Source: Anthoceros angustus (lineage: Eukaryota > Plantae > Anthocerotophyta). From it: a stretch of 64,000 nt of DNA. This document shows, in pieces, positions 33,101 to 46,665 of this stretch. The notes below the pieces were generated by a model, which saw only the letters and a list, made by a program, of their open reading frames with translations, was not told the origin of the DNA and searched no databases. The translations under genes were made by a program, and so were the position numbers. The DNA lies in assembly GCA_010909165.1 (NCBI GenBank), contig VJWM01000192.1, positions 62,001 to 126,000 of the forward strand, read 5' to 3'. The first letter of the stretch is position 1. Each line of letters begins with the position of its first letter.

Positions 33101-36100
33101 CCCAAAGAATGGGCGAGCATAGGATTGACTGGAACCGTGAGCAATCCCGAAGGATTCCACAAGACAAGTTAAATCCAAGTACTCCTCAAGGTAAAGGATC
33201 GCTTGGAGATGTACCTCAAGGCGGACGTGATCTATCCTATAGTCAATACCGAATGGGTGGCTCCAATAGTGGTAGTACCTAAGAGGCGCCTGTGCAAAAT
33301 CCGAGTTTGTCGATCGGAGAAGGTTGAATAAGGTCACCAAGAAGGATCACTTTCCGCTACCCTTCATCGATAATATCCTCGGATCCGTCGCAGTGTAATG
33401 GCGATTCATTCCTAGACGGTACTGGGTATAATCACCGCACCTTAGGGAGAGCGATTGGCCTCGACCGCTTTTACAACCGATCGGGGACATATGCTTACAA
33501 GCGCAGCGCATTTGGGTTGACGGAGCACTGGTCCTTCATGCGAGCCATCACAAAATTTTCAAGGACTTCCTCGCGACTTTATGGAAGTTTTCCGACGACT
33601 TCGCGTATTCGGGCCGCTGGGACCATCCGCCGCACCGGTGCTCGAGCGCGCCGAGCAACGCAATTATGCTCGCATCCAAAAGTGCTACTGCATGTCGAGG
33701 AATTGCTGGGGCATCGAATTTCAAGCCGAGGTATAGAAGTAGATCCGGACAAGGTAAAGGTCATCGCCACCCTTAGAGCACCAATAACGCTAAAGGAACT
33801 CCGCGGGTTCCCGGGATGGTCGGTATTATAGACGCTTGCTCCACCGCGGCTGCCCCACTAACGAGCTTGTTAAGGAAGGATCGGGAGTGGGAGTGGACGA
33901 CGAACGGAGGAAGCATTTCGTGACTTACGCACCACATCGCTAGCCCCACGCTAAAAGGACCGGATCGAGTAAGAAGTTCCACGCTGCTGATGTTTCAAAG
34001 ATTTGCAATTGGGCCCCCTTAGCCACGGATGAGAAGAAGAAGGATTTTCCGATCTACTATGCCGAGACAACTAACGGACGCGAGCGAAAGTATACCACCA
34101 CGGAGCGCCAAGCATCGGGAATGGTTTACTCGGTCGAAATTCGACACTACCTCCTCTCGTATGAATTTGTGTTCCATGTTGACCACTTTGCCTTGAAACA
34201 CCTTGTGAATAAACTCGACCTTTCGGACGATAGCACTGGATCTCAGGAGTTTACCTTCACAAAGGAAACGAGAGGGTAGGAAGCATATCAATGCCGACTT
34301 CATATCTCGATTGAAAACAGGAAGGTGGAAAACCAGGAAGACGACTTTCCCGATGAGACACTGTCATAGGAGTTGCAAACCAACCAGGAAGCCTGGGCCG
34401 GAAGGAGGGAGCCGATCGATTGAGAAGGGAGGGTGGCTTCAAGACCAACATATCGAGATATACGATTATCTTGGCAGGCCAAATTCCTCCACATCTATCC
34501 AAGACATGATTCAGCGTTTGTCCACTACTCCGCACTATCTACACGGCACAATATGAATTTATACCGAGTCATCCGGACGGGTGGAGCGGTTATGGGTACG
34601 CACGCGGTGTGAGCGAGTCCCGAGCTCTTTACACGAAGAAGAGGCGGAGGTCATTATGCCGCGCATGTCACATGCGGAAAATTTTGAGGTCGGCTATTGG
34701 TGGCCTACAATGTACAAGGATGCCAAGGAGTTCGTGAAGCGGACGCTTGCCAAAGGGTCGGCAAGCCAACAAAGAACAACCCAATGGCCCCTTGTCCCCA
34801 TACTTGCACCGCACCATTCGAGAAATGGGGAATCGATTTTGTCGGCCCCTATCCACCCAAAACCAAGGCTCGCCAAAACCAATACATCCCGTGGCCACAG
34901 ACATCGCGGATGGTAGAAGCAGCACCGCCGTAGATTCGCGACGTCGTGGCGATTCATTCCTAGACGGTACTGGGTATAATCACCGCACCTTAGGGAGAGC
35001 GATTGGCCTCGACCGCTTTTACAACCGGTGGGGACATATGCTTACAAGCGCGCATTTGGGTTGACGGAGCACTGGTCCTTCATGCGAGCCATCGTCAAAA
35101 TTTTCAAGGACTTCCTCGCGACTTTATGGAAGTTTTCCGACGACCTGCGTGGTCATCAAGGACCATCCGCCGCACCTCCGGTGCAGCGTGTCGAGCAACG
35201 CAATTATGCTCGCATCCAAAAGTGCTACTTGCATGTCGAGGGAATTCTGGGGCAATTTCAAGCCGAGGTATAGAAGTAGATCCGGACAAGGTAAAGGTCA
35301 TCGCCACCCTTAGAGCACCAACGCTAAAGGAACTCCGGTTCCCGGGATGGTCGGATATTATAGACGCTTGCTCCAAATTTCGCCTGCCCCACTAACGAGC
35401 TTGTTAAGGAAGGATCGGAGTGGGAGTGGACGGGAGGAAGCATTTCGGACTTACGCACCATACTCACGCTAAAAGGACCGGATCGAGTAAGAAGTTCCAC
35501 GTTTTCGTTGATGTTTCAGCATTTGCAATTGGGTCCTTAGCCACGGATGAGAAGAAGAAGGATTTTCCGATCTACTATCGAGACAACTAACGGACGCGGA
35601 GCGAAGTATACCACCACGGAGCGCTCGGGAATGGTTTACTCGGTCGAAATTCGACACTACCTCCTCGTATGAATTTGTGTTCCATGTTGACCACTTTGCC
35701 TTGAAACACCTTGTGAATAAACCCGACCTTTCGGACGCATAGCACTGGATCTTCGTGAGTTTACCTTCACAAAGGTGGAAACGAGAGGGTAGGAAGCATA
35801 TCAATGCCGACTTCATATCTCGATTGAAAACAGGAAGGTGGAAAAGGAAGACGACTTTCCCGATGAGACACGTCGCAGGAGTTGCAAACCAACCAGTGAA
35901 GCCAGTTCGGAAGGAGGAGCCGATCGATTGAGAAGGGAGGGTGGGGAAGACCAACATATCGAGATATACGATTATCTTGGCACGGCCAAATTCCTCCACA
36001 TCTATCCAAGACACAGTTGCGTTTGTCCACTACTCCGCACCATTCACGGCACAATATGAATTTATAGTCGGTCCGGACGGGGGAGCGGTTATGGGTACGC

Positions 36101-37030
36101 ACGCGGTGAGCGGAGTCCCGAGCTCTTTACACGAAGAAGAGGCGGAGGTCATTATGCGCGCATGTCACATGCGGAAAATTTTGGAGGTCGGCTATTGGTG
36201 GCCTACAATGTACAAGGATGCCAAGGAGTTCGACGCTTGCCAAAGGGTCGGCAAGCCAGCAACCCAATGGCCCCTTGTCCCCATACTTGCACCGCACCAT
36301 TCGAGAAATGGGGAATCGATTTTGTCGGTCCTATCCAAAACCAAGGCTCGCCAAAACCAATACATCCCGTGGCCACAGATCGCGGATGGTAGAAGCACGC
36401 CGTAGATTCGCGTCGTAGCGATTCTGCTCGAGCAAATCATCACCGATATGGTCACTACCGGAGTCGGCCGCGAAGGAGGAACACATTTCGTCAATCGTAA
36501 TCTCCAACATGACCAACCACTTCAACGCCGCCACGTGAAGTCCACGCCTTATAACCCAAAAGCCAATGGCCGAAAAAGGCAAATGGCTTGTTGTGCAAGA
36601 TCCTAACCAAACTCACCGCCTATGCGTATGATCGATATGAAATCGCATTCAAGACTGTATGACCGGATCATGGAAAAGTGACAACGCAGAAACCTCAGAT
36701 TATCTTACTTACGGCATTCTCATTATGCCAATAGAATTCAAGTTCCCACCGAGAATACAGGAACCAAGTCGAATGCCGTGGAGGAAAGTCTTGGAAAGGT
36801 TGGTGGGTTTCAGACGACACACGGAGGAGAGAACAAGCCTCCAAGTTATGCGGATGTCCAAGACAGGAGGAAGGAGTGGCACGACAAGAGATTGAAGCCA
36901 AGAATACGTTGTTCCCGGGATCCGCTTTACTATACGATAACCGATACATGCACTTCTGTAAATTACATCTCGATGGATGGGGCCCTTCGTAGTTTCAAGT
37001 TTTCGACAACGGATCAATTCAACTCCAAGA
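30200..37030 (+). pseudogene. Frameshifted gag-pol (zinc-knuckle remnant, aspartic protease, RT, RNase H, integrase) with an internal 1.5-kb duplication
   Basis: GHSKANCP (about 31050); PLDTGSGVNIM protease (about 32285); EWVAPIVVVP and LNKVTKKDHFPLPFID RT motifs (about 33250-33375); GYWWPTMYKDA and PFEKWGIDFVGP integrase motifs present twice. Confidence 0.9.
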
Positions 37031-37112
37031 TTTTAGTGGCTCACCCTTGCCAACGCCGCCAACGGTTGGCGGGTCAAGAAATATTACCAATAAGTTGGCG
37101 AGGACGCCAACA

Positions 37113-37127
37113 AATGAGAAGGGAGTA
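37113..37127 (+). other. Polypurine tract
   Basis: aatgagaagggagta immediately before tgtggaagacc at 37128. Confidence 0.75.
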
Positions 37128-38523
37128 TGTGGAAGACCACATGTGCACTAACCCCGCCTCAAGTGTCGGTGAACGATTTTTTTGTTTTGGGTGTGTTAGA
37201 ATAGCAGTGCTTTGAGAATCGTCGAGTCGTCTTTTATACGGAATGGTCCTTGGCCCTTGGAGATAATAATAATTTTTCGACCCTTAGGTTTGACCCCGAG
37301 GGTGGGGTAGAAATAGAGTCCTTGGGTATTGGGAATTTTAGAATAAAAGGTGTCTATATATGCTAGGGATGCTCACAATATGCCATTGTGTAGTCAAGTG
37401 GGTGGTGGCTAGTTCCACCACGGTGGCCGAAACGGACGCATGCACTGTGGGGAATTTACAACCCTAGTGGCGGAGCGGGACTACCACGGAGCGAATCGGG
37501 AGAAGGGCACACCCAAAGACCGCGAGGTCGCGACTTTCCGTGAGGGGCGGAGGAGCGCAAGAAGAGGGGCGCGCGTACCACGACGCCAGCCAAATCACCG
37601 CCTCACTGCAGGAGGAAGGAGGAAGGAGGAAGGCGCGGAGAGAAATCGGGCGCCGCAAGTTCGCGAGGCGTGGAAGGAGCGCGAGGGCGGCTCGATTTTT
37701 TCTCTTCCGACCGTGATCTGGGGTAGTCGAGGTTTTGTTTTGGGAGACAACGAGAAGGAGATGGCGCCCGAGCCGAAATCTCACTCACGCAGGGCCCAAC
37801 ATGGACCATCGGAAAGTGAGAGCCGGCACTGCGCGTGAGTCTCAAGTTCATGGAGAAGAAATGGTGCTACGATGACCGCATTGGTGCAAGAGTGCGCCCG
37901 CAATTAAGGACCAAGTCGCAAGAGGGTGACGCGAGGAAAAGGCCGAACTGGATTTGGCCTCTTTCGAGCAAAGCATGGGCGAAGCATCGAGGATGGGAGC
38001 TTGGTGATTGACCCCAAAGAAGACCTTGAAAGCCGCAGCGGCCGCGCCATGAAGCCTGGGAAGTGAGAGTGAACAATGGTCGGGTGACTCGCCAACTCGT
38101 GTCTCCGTGTGGGATTGGCCAAATGGATTTTGTGTTTCCTACGTAACCTAAGTCGGATCATATGGCGGATCACTTCTTGGTTTTTCTTCACGAGGTGGTC
38201 AAGGGTACACAAATTGATTGGGGAGGATGATTTTCAAAGAGCCGTGAGGAGAAGGCGAATTTACTCTCTTCTTCCCTCGGCCCTCCTTGATTTCGCCTTT
38301 TCTCGATTCATGTATTTGCGCATTCGGTGTTTAACTGAGTTGAAGTCGGTCCGCCCGCATGGTTGGAAGCCCGTGAACTCAAGGTAGAAGAGGAGGAATT
38401 GAAGGAGGATTCGGGCAAGGATTCCAGCTTGGGAGTGCGCTCGGAAGGTTCTAAGAGGGTGGGAAGTTTCCAAGGGTAAGAAGCGGCGGCAACGGTCGAA
38501 CGGGATCGGCGAAGAAGGGAGTA
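37128..38523 (+). repeat. Partial extra copy of the LTR 5' part (1.4 kb)
   Basis: The LTR start is read at 37128 and again at 38524, the second preceded by gaagggagta. Confidence 0.88.
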
Positions 38524-41500
38524 TGTGGAAGACCACATGTGAACTAACCCCGCCTCAAGTGTCGGTGAACGATTTTTTGTTTTGGGTGTTAGAATAGCAG
38601 TGCTTTGAGAATCGTCGAGTCGTCTTTTATACGGAATGGTCCTTGGCCCTTGGAGATAATAATAATTTTTCGACCCTTAGGTTTGACCCCGAGGTGGGGT
38701 AGAAATAGAGTCCTTGGGTATTGGGAATTTTAGAATAAAAGGTGTCTATATATGCTAGGGATGCTCACAATATGCCACGAGTAGTCAAGTGGGTGGCTAG
38801 TTCCACCACGGTGGCCGAGAAACGGACGCATGCACTGTGGGGAATTTACAACCCTAGTGGCGGAGCGGGACTACCACGGAGCGAATCGGGAGAAGGGCAC
38901 ACCCAAAGACCGCGAGGTCGCGACTTTCCGTGAGGGGCGCCGGAGCGAGCCGCAGCAAGAGGGGCGCGCGCAACCGCCAGCCAAATCACCGCCTCACTGC
39001 AGGAGGAAGGAGTGGCACGACGATCGTGACAGAGCGGGCGGCGGAGGAGAGAAATCGCAAGTTCGCGAGGAGGCGTGGAAGGAGCGCGAGGGCGGCTCGA
39101 TTTTTTCTCTCTTGACCGTGATCCGGGTAGTCGAGGTTTTGTTTTGGGAGACAACGAGAAGGAGATGGCGCCCGAGCCGCGCCGAAATCCCTCACGCAGG
39201 GCCCAACATGGACCATCGGAAAGTGAGAGCCGGCACCGTGCGGGCCAAGTTCATGGAGAAGAAATGGTGCTACGATGCGCATTGGTGCAAGAGTGCGCCC
39301 GCAATTAAGGACCAAGTCGCAAGAGGGTGACGCGAGGAAAAGGCCGAACTGGATTTGGCCTCTTTCGAGCAGTATGGGCGAAGCATCGAGGATGGGAGCT
39401 TGGTGATTGACCCCAAAGAAGACCTTGAAAGCAGCCGCGCCATGAAGCCCGGGAAGTGAGAGTGAACAATGGTCGGGTGACTCGCCAACTCGTGTCTCCG
39501 CAATGTGGGATTGGCCAAATGGATTTTGTGTTTCCTACGTAACCTAAGTCGGATCATATGGCGGATCACTTCTTGGTTTTTCTTCACGAGGTGGTCAAGG
39601 GTACACAAATTGATTGGGGGAGGATGATTTTCGAAAGAGCCTGTGAGGAGAAGGCGAATTTACTCTCTTCTTCCCCTCGGCCCTCCTTGATTTCGCCTTT
39701 TCTGATTCATGTATTTGCGCATTCCGGGTGTTTAACGGAGTTGGAAGCTGTGTCCGCCCTGCATGGTTGGAAGCCGGTCAGGGAACTCAAGGTAGAAGAG
39801 GAGGAATTGAAGGAGGATTCGGGCAAGGATTCCAGCTTGGGAGTGCGCTCGAAGGTTCTAAGAGGGTGGGAAGTTTCCAAGGGTAAGAAGCGAAGGGCGC
39901 AACGGCCTAACGGGATCGGCGAAGAAGGGAGGGCAGCAGAGGAGGAACCCACAGCCACACCTGTGGTCACCAGTCAAGACTACAGCAGAACGCGGTAAAG
40001 GAGGAAAAATAAAAGGGAAATGGCAAGTTGCTCCCTCCTGTGTGGGATGAATCGCCGCTAGGGGAGAATGAAGCGGAAGAGGCAAGGCACCAACCCCTAG
40101 GAGAGGAGGGGTTAACTTCAGCCGAGACCGCAACGAGCTCCGGACATTTTGGCGACATTTCACCGAACCGTCCTACCGAGGTGGGGATAGGAGACACCGC
40201 CGTGACACGAGAATTGTTGTGGAGGCGGATGGGCAAGGGACAGCCCAATTTGGGGATTTGGTGGTTTGACTTGCCATGGCACGACGCAGCGGATCTCCTC
40301 GATCAAGCCCATGGCTCTCACCGGCCGAGTGTGCAAGGCCAACAGGAGAAGTTGCTCAAGGAGAAGTTGGAGAGCCCGAAGGCGAGAGCAAGGCGGCCGA
40401 GGAGCGCAGACGGAGTGCGGCGGCCTTATGCAAGGCACAGGAGCAAGGCGGCCGAGGAGCGCAGACGGAGTGCGGCGGCCTTATGCAAGGCACAGGAGCT
40501 TAAGGCACATGTCCACTCAGAAGCTTTAGTAAATCAGTCAAGGGGCGATGCTACAATTGAAGAGCTTCAGATGAGGTCTCGCGAGTCCAGGAGCGGTGTG
40601 GAAGCGATGGCGCCTTGGAGAAATTCAAGAAGGCGAGAGGTACAAGCGGAAGAGACGGCTAGGGCCGAGTCAAGAGAGAGGTGGCCAAACCAAGAAAGGC
40701 CGAGCAACAGCCACAGAGCCAAACAACCACCGTGGAAGAACCACCACGGTGGCTAAACCAGCCACCGCCGTGGAACGGGAACCGAGGTGGGGAAGTCACC
40801 GGCAGGAGTGTCGCAGATGGAGGATGATCCCGAGAATCAACGCACCGCCTGTGATTGTCCACGGAGGAGAGGGTAAGGACCTCAGACGAAGGGCGACAGT
40901 GCTACGGCGTCCGGATGAGGATGCTCATGTCCCCGGCCGCTCGCATGGTGAGCGTGCTCACTCTAAACGTGTATGTGGTTGTTGGGACAGGAGGGGCGTA
41001 AACCACCGGTCAGACATCTTGACCGCCACAGCGCTACTGCTGGTTCCTTCGAGTAGGAGCGGGCGCCTATCCTCCGCAAGTGGTGCCGGAAGAGATGAGC
41101 GAGGCGCAGCGAGCATGGAGGGAGGAGCACGATGGTTCCTTCGAGTAGGAGCGGGCGCCTATCCTCCATAAGTGGTCTTTGGAAGAGATGAGCGAGGCGA
41201 GGCGAGCATGGAGGGAGGAGCACAGTATGGTTGTCCAGGAGGAGGCGGGACAATGGACATAGAGGTCAAGGCGCAACGGAAGGCGCGAGGGAAATTCAGC
41301 AGGAGAGCGAGGTGGAGGTTGTGGGGAAAATCGCTGGATCGAGGCGAGGCCAAGAGCGAGAGGGGTCCCCATGGGCCGAGGCGAGGCAAGAATCGCGGAG
41401 GCGGCAGCTGATTTTAGGGGAGTCGCGATAGCCTAGGACCGGGTTTTTCGTAGAGGATAGGGAGTTCCATCACCAGAGTCATGTTGCTTAGATTGGTAAG

Positions 41501-42363
41501 GCGCCGTGGTAGGAGCTACAATTTTAGACACTAAAGAGAAGTGAGTGTTGGACCACGCCGGATGTATAAGAGACCCTTTGGGTGTCTCTCAAGGCGACGA
41601 TTTCGTGTGAACTTCCGTATCGAACCGCCGAGTGGGGTTGATTGGAGACGCCCGTCAAGATCAAACGGGTTCGCGCACCGCCTTCCGTCACAAGAAGGCC
41701 GGAAGATCTCGGATGGTCGAGAGCGGAGTGGCCAAGCTCCACGCCTGTAAGGAATACCGGAAAAAGAGGTAGGATGCGGCCGAGGCGGAATCGCTGGAAG
41801 GCGAATCACACGACCGGGTTTTCTTCCGATCCTCTTTCCAACCGCCGCCACTGTGTGTTCATTCCATGAGAGAGGGTCTGTGGCCCGTGAGGCGAGGCCA
41901 AGAGCGAGAGGGTCTGTGGTGGCCCGTGAGACGAGGGAGAGTTCATTGGGAAGGGAAAGGTTCCTGAGGGGTAGTTGTGAGTACCGAGGGATTGTGAGAG
42001 CGTGAGGGAAAAAAACGCGAGGGGAGTGGAAGCGTGGTAGGATCGCAAAATTCCCAAGTAAGTGAGGCGTATATAGGTGTCCGATAGCCTAGGTCCGTGT
42101 TAGAGAAGTGTGATTAGACTCCGAAGGCGGCGCTGGTAGGGGGACTCCGCGCCATTTAACTGCCACCGCGGTGGCCGAGTCTACCACGGTGGTGGGTTTG
42201 GGCAGTGGGAGAAGAGGGGTAGTGAGCGACGGTGTCTAGAATCCATAGATTTAGCACACCTTGACACAACACCATTCCCTTGGGATCGAATCCTAGGACT
42301 ATAACGACATAGAGGGTAAATGTGGCCTCTTTGCGTCTTCAGATGCAAAAAACCCATTCCACA
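38524..42363 (+). repeat. Full 3' LTR (about 3.8 kb) with small internal duplications
   Basis: Colinear with the 5' LTR; extra local duplications at about 40385-40500 and 41040-41210; ends cccattccaca. Confidence 0.9.
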
Positions 42364-42701
42364 CACACCCTTTCTGAGCCCATACCTTTGATAAAAGATG
42401 CACTTTCAAGTCTACACTCCAGAATTAGAGCACATTGGGTGTGGGCCCGTCTGCGTTTTTGTAGAATGCATAGAGGGTTACCATTTTCATATGTTTATTA
42501 CAACCGAAAACTTTTACTTTCAAGTGGTGGAACACAATGAAACAATCCTGTACTAGCGGGAGTCTCATTTCAATGGTCGTAAGAACATTGCAACAAATAA
42601 CTGCTAGTGGTCATCAGCATCAACAATAGTCATTCAAGAGTGCGGCCTGACGACTCATCCATGCCTCATACCGAACCCAGTCAAGTACCACCGCCATATT
42701 C

Positions 42702-42836
42702 GGGAGGCGCCGGCCGGCCGCCCATGGGCGGTGGTCTACTAGGGGAGGCGCCGGCCGGCCGCCCATGGGCGTGGTCTACTAGGGGAGGCGCCCCGGGCGC
42801 CATGAGCAAGGCGCCGGGAGGCGCCGGCCGGCTGGC
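42702..42836. repeat. GC-rich tandem repeat, about 41-bp unit x3
   Basis: gggaggcgccggccggccgcccatgggcg(g)tggtctacta starts at about 42702, 42743 and 42783. Confidence 0.8.
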
Positions 42837-45517
42837 AGCCCTTGCCACTCAAGATGCTGGTGGGGTAGGGAGGGCACCGGGTGGGCGGTGCCTCCCTTAG
42901 CACCATCCCATGTGCATGGGTGAAGCTAGGGGGGACAAGAAGGAACGGCAGTATCCTATCACCGATGGAAGGTGTGGCCCATTTGCGTGAAGGGTTAAAA
43001 GATTTGCGCCCATAGGTGATGTTGAAGAGTACAAGTGGTGGAAAGCCTTTTGGGTGGACCGGAAGGAGATTGCTATCATTGTGGAGAATAACATTGGGCT
43101 AGTGCTACAACACCCTTGGAAGTGGTTTTCACGCGCGTAAGTGGATCATACACACCACTTCAAGTGCGGATGAAGCTTTGCTAGATGAGGCATTATTGAG
43201 GGACCTCCCATAGCGTGATATGTACTTGGGGCATATCAAAATGCCGGAAGGCAAGTGGAATGGCGATGAATTGGGACATAATGGAAATCTGGAAGGGATG
43301 TTTCTCGAAAAGGCAGTGCCGTGCACTATGGACACGCATAACATGCCATTCTGGATTGGGGAGAGTCATTGACGCGAAGCTAGATGCACCACGACCTCAT
43401 TTTCTTATCCATCGTATCGGAAAGCACACAGACATGCATTTAAGGAGATATGTGTAGCAATACATAGTCCGTTAGAGTACCAACCCATCTGGTCTGATGC
43501 CGAGGAAAAAAGGGAATAAGGTCCATTACCCAAAAAACATACAGAAGGTGTTTGTGAATGAAACAAACCATCCTATATGGGTTTGTGTTGAACGACGAAA
43601 CATGTATATGCGTGGACAAAAAGCGATAAGGGATAAGCTCATGAGTTGGCTTCATACAACTCATGAGTCAAAGTGTCCAAGATAGTGATGACAATGCTGG
43701 AGAAGCTGGACCAAGTGATGACGAAGGGTTGAACTTTGGTGATGAGTGAAACTGAAATCACGGTTTGTCCCGGGGTCCCAGAGTGAATGTTGTACATCTA
43801 GTTCCAGATGTTACGGTGTTTTGGAAATACCCTGTCCGTGGCTTTTGTTGTGTCCTTACTAAACCACATTTTCCTCCCAAAACTGAATTTACAGTTGTCC
43901 CTTCCCGGCAAGAACAACCTTCCTTACCGTTCCTAATTTGCATTAATCCCATAGGTTCGAGTTTGCAACCACCATTCGACAAAAACATTGCTGGATGGAA
44001 AGTAGAAACTTTAGTGGGTGACACCTTTTTTTTCGGAGATGTTTTTCGGAATGCCTTGAAAACGCTGTTTTAGGGCCCATCAAAAACCCCCTTCAAAGAT
44101 TAATTACGGAAAACCCCCTTCGAGATTATTCACCCCCTTCAAAAATTATGATGTTAGGACGGAAACGAGTGCAAGAGACATGGCATCATCGGCACCAGTT
44201 GTAGGTAGGCTTTTCCTCATCTCGAACCACGATATATTCTGAGGTAGCTTCGAGGTTGGCATTCATGGAGGCCAGCCCTTGGCTCTTGGCCCTTTACTTG
44301 GTTGTCCTCCTTCGGTTCAAGGTAGATGGGTATTCCCATCTCTTCTTTTTAATAAAGTCTCCATTGTTCCTTATGTCTCCATATACCTAGGCACGTATAG
44401 ATGTACTTTGATTTTGGAGTTCCTTCTAGAATGTTTAAGCAAAGATTTGATCTTTGATTTTGGAGTTCCTTCTAGAATGTTTGAGCAAAGATTTGATTCG
44501 ATCAGCATCACACACACGAGTTTCCGCAAATACATTTCTTGATCATGATTATAATAATTGCAACCTCTTCACCATCACGGCATTCCTCATTAGCACATGA
44601 TACGCCTGCACAAGATATTAGCGTTTTATTCTCAACTGTTTACCGTATGCCTAGAAAAGTGTGCACAAGATATCAGCATTTTATTCTCAACCGCTTATTA
44701 TATGCCCAGAAAAGTGGTTCGAAGAATTAAGTAAAACTATAAATTTGCCCTTCCTTGGCTTGGGAAGGAAGTATGGTTTTTGTTCTTTCCCATTTCGACC
44801 AAGTCGAGTTTGGTAGAGTCTTTTATGAGTATGTACCATTTGAGTATGGTTCAGTATCACTAATACATAAGGTATGCAAGGCCAAGTGCTTTAACACACT
44901 ACACGTTTAAATATGTATGCTATTTAATTTCATGTCTTGATCTCGATTTTATTTTATGTGATAAATATCTTCTTAGAATAAATCCAGTTATATTAATATA
45001 CTTCAAGTCCAAATTTATTGTCTAGTTTCAGATATCGATCTCCTCTTCTTTTATTCAATAGATGTCTCCTTGAATAAATATTATAAAATATTACATTAAT
45101 TTTAATATGTATGTATATAAAATAGGACCAATTAGTGGTTTAAAGATCTATTTGTGAGCTATTGATTTATCACGATCATTGATTAAGAAAGAAAGTTTTC
45201 ATCGTAAAACCTACATACCTATGCCCTATATATGTGGGTCTCACTTGGTCATTCTACTATCTTCATTGCTTGAGTATTTCAGAAGTCTCCCCCCTCTCTT
45301 TCAGAAGTCTTCCAGCTCCCTATGTAAGTCTAGTCTATGTATGTTGATGATCATTGCTTGCTCATGTATTGATTATTTTATTTTTGTTTCGGATGAACTA
45401 GTTTATATTTTAGTTTGAATCATTATTCAAGATCTCTATTTTCATTCATGTTTTTTACAAGTTTTCATAGTAGTTCTAATATTATGATTGTATTTTGTAG
45501 TGTTGATTGAAGAATCA

Positions 45518-45847
45518 ATGGCACGCAACAATATGAGCACTGTCTTCTTCATAAGCCTCCTCGTCTTCTTGGGAATCTCTATTGGAGGGTTTATCATGCA
45601 AACGAATGGTGACACCTCTACTTCCATTACAGATTATCATGTGTTGTGTCGTCCCAAAGTGTGTAACCCCAAAATTCATCCAGTATCATCATCTTTTGTA
45701 AATTCAGCACCTCCAAATTGCACCGCGGCCTGTGATGTGTGTACGCCATGTGAGTTAGTGGAGTTGAAAGATTGTTCTAATGATTCCGGTAAAGGAGCAA
45801 TAGTTGGTTGGGGCTGTGGATGTAACAGCAAGGTGTATTATTGTTAG
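45518..45847 (+). CDS. EPF/EPFL-like secreted cysteine-rich peptide
   Basis: Hydrophobic signal (STVFFISLLVFLGISIGG) and C-terminal SAPPNCTAACDVCTPCELVEL...WGCGCNSKVYYC, matching the six-Cys EPF pattern (PPxCxxxCxxCxPC...CxC). Confidence 0.75.
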   Translation: MARNNMSTVFFISLLVFLGISIGGFIMQTNGDTSTSITDYHVLCRPKVCNPKIHPVSSSFVNSAPPNCTAACDVCTPCELVELKDCSNDSGKGAIVGWGCGCNSKVYYC

Positions 45848-46454
45848 CTCCAGCTTGATTACTATCCTGGTTACTATCGATCTCAAAAGCAATAATCATG
45901 GGTTGTATATCCATGTACAAGATGAAATGTTTTGTCCGCTAACGACGATCATCCGTCCTTGGTGAACTTTAATAAAGTTTTCTTGCATTGTTTTTAATCT
46001 AGTCACTCCCCCTCTGGTTGCCTCCTTGCTAGCCCTTTAATAACTCACCTACTTGTCTCATGAGTAGTCATATCCCACCTCTCCAAATAGGAAGGAATTA
46101 TTTTGTAACTATTTTGTGCCAAGATGACATAAATCTTCGCTTTTTAATACGCACCCACACTCGATGTCTCTCTCTCCCTCTTAGTCGTAAATCGTATTTC
46201 TTCGGTTTAGCTAGTTCGAACGCCCAACTGAAATGAAGTAAGAACCCTTAGTTCGACCAATTGTGAGATGAAAAAATATATATTTTATCTTATATTACTA
46301 GAGTTAATGGGAATGATGTAATAGGAGTGATGTTCATATTGACAGGAATGAAGTCACATGCCACAGTTCGAGGAATTGCCAATGCGCATAAAATACATAA
46401 AAAGGATTACATGACAACCACCATGAGTCGTGACAAACATATGAATATGGGGCA

Positions 46455-46665
46455 TTCGCCAGGGAGCATCTTGGATCAAAAGGGCATATCAATGTAGGGG
46501 ATTGGCTAGGGAGCACCTCGGAGTAGAAGGACGTATCAATGTAAGGGATTGGGGAGGGAGCACCTCGGGAGCAGAAGGTGTGAAAACAAGTAGGGTTAGC
46601 ACCTCGAAGTAGAAGGACATATCAATGTAGGGGATTGGGGAGGGAGCATCTCGGAGCGGAAGATG
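46455..46665. repeat. Degenerate tandem repeat, about 45-bp core
   Basis: gggagcacctcggagtagaaggac.tatcaatgtag(g)ggattgg variants recur 3-4 times. Confidence 0.75.

Larger units (their letters stand above)
26027..42363 (+). mobile_element. Ty3/gypsy LTR retrotransposon (non-chromovirus, Athila/Tat-like), degenerate or error-rich
   Basis: Long direct repeats bounded by TG(c)GTGGAA...TTCCACA, near-perfect 5-bp TSD CACGC/CACAC, PBS-like tttggcg after the 5' LTR, polypurine tract before the 3' LTR, domain order gag-PR-RT-RH-INT. Confidence 0.92.

Noticed and set aside
42897-44073. Decayed coding-like sequence right of the 3' LTR
   Set aside because: Multiple stops and no recognisable domain; not assignable without a search.
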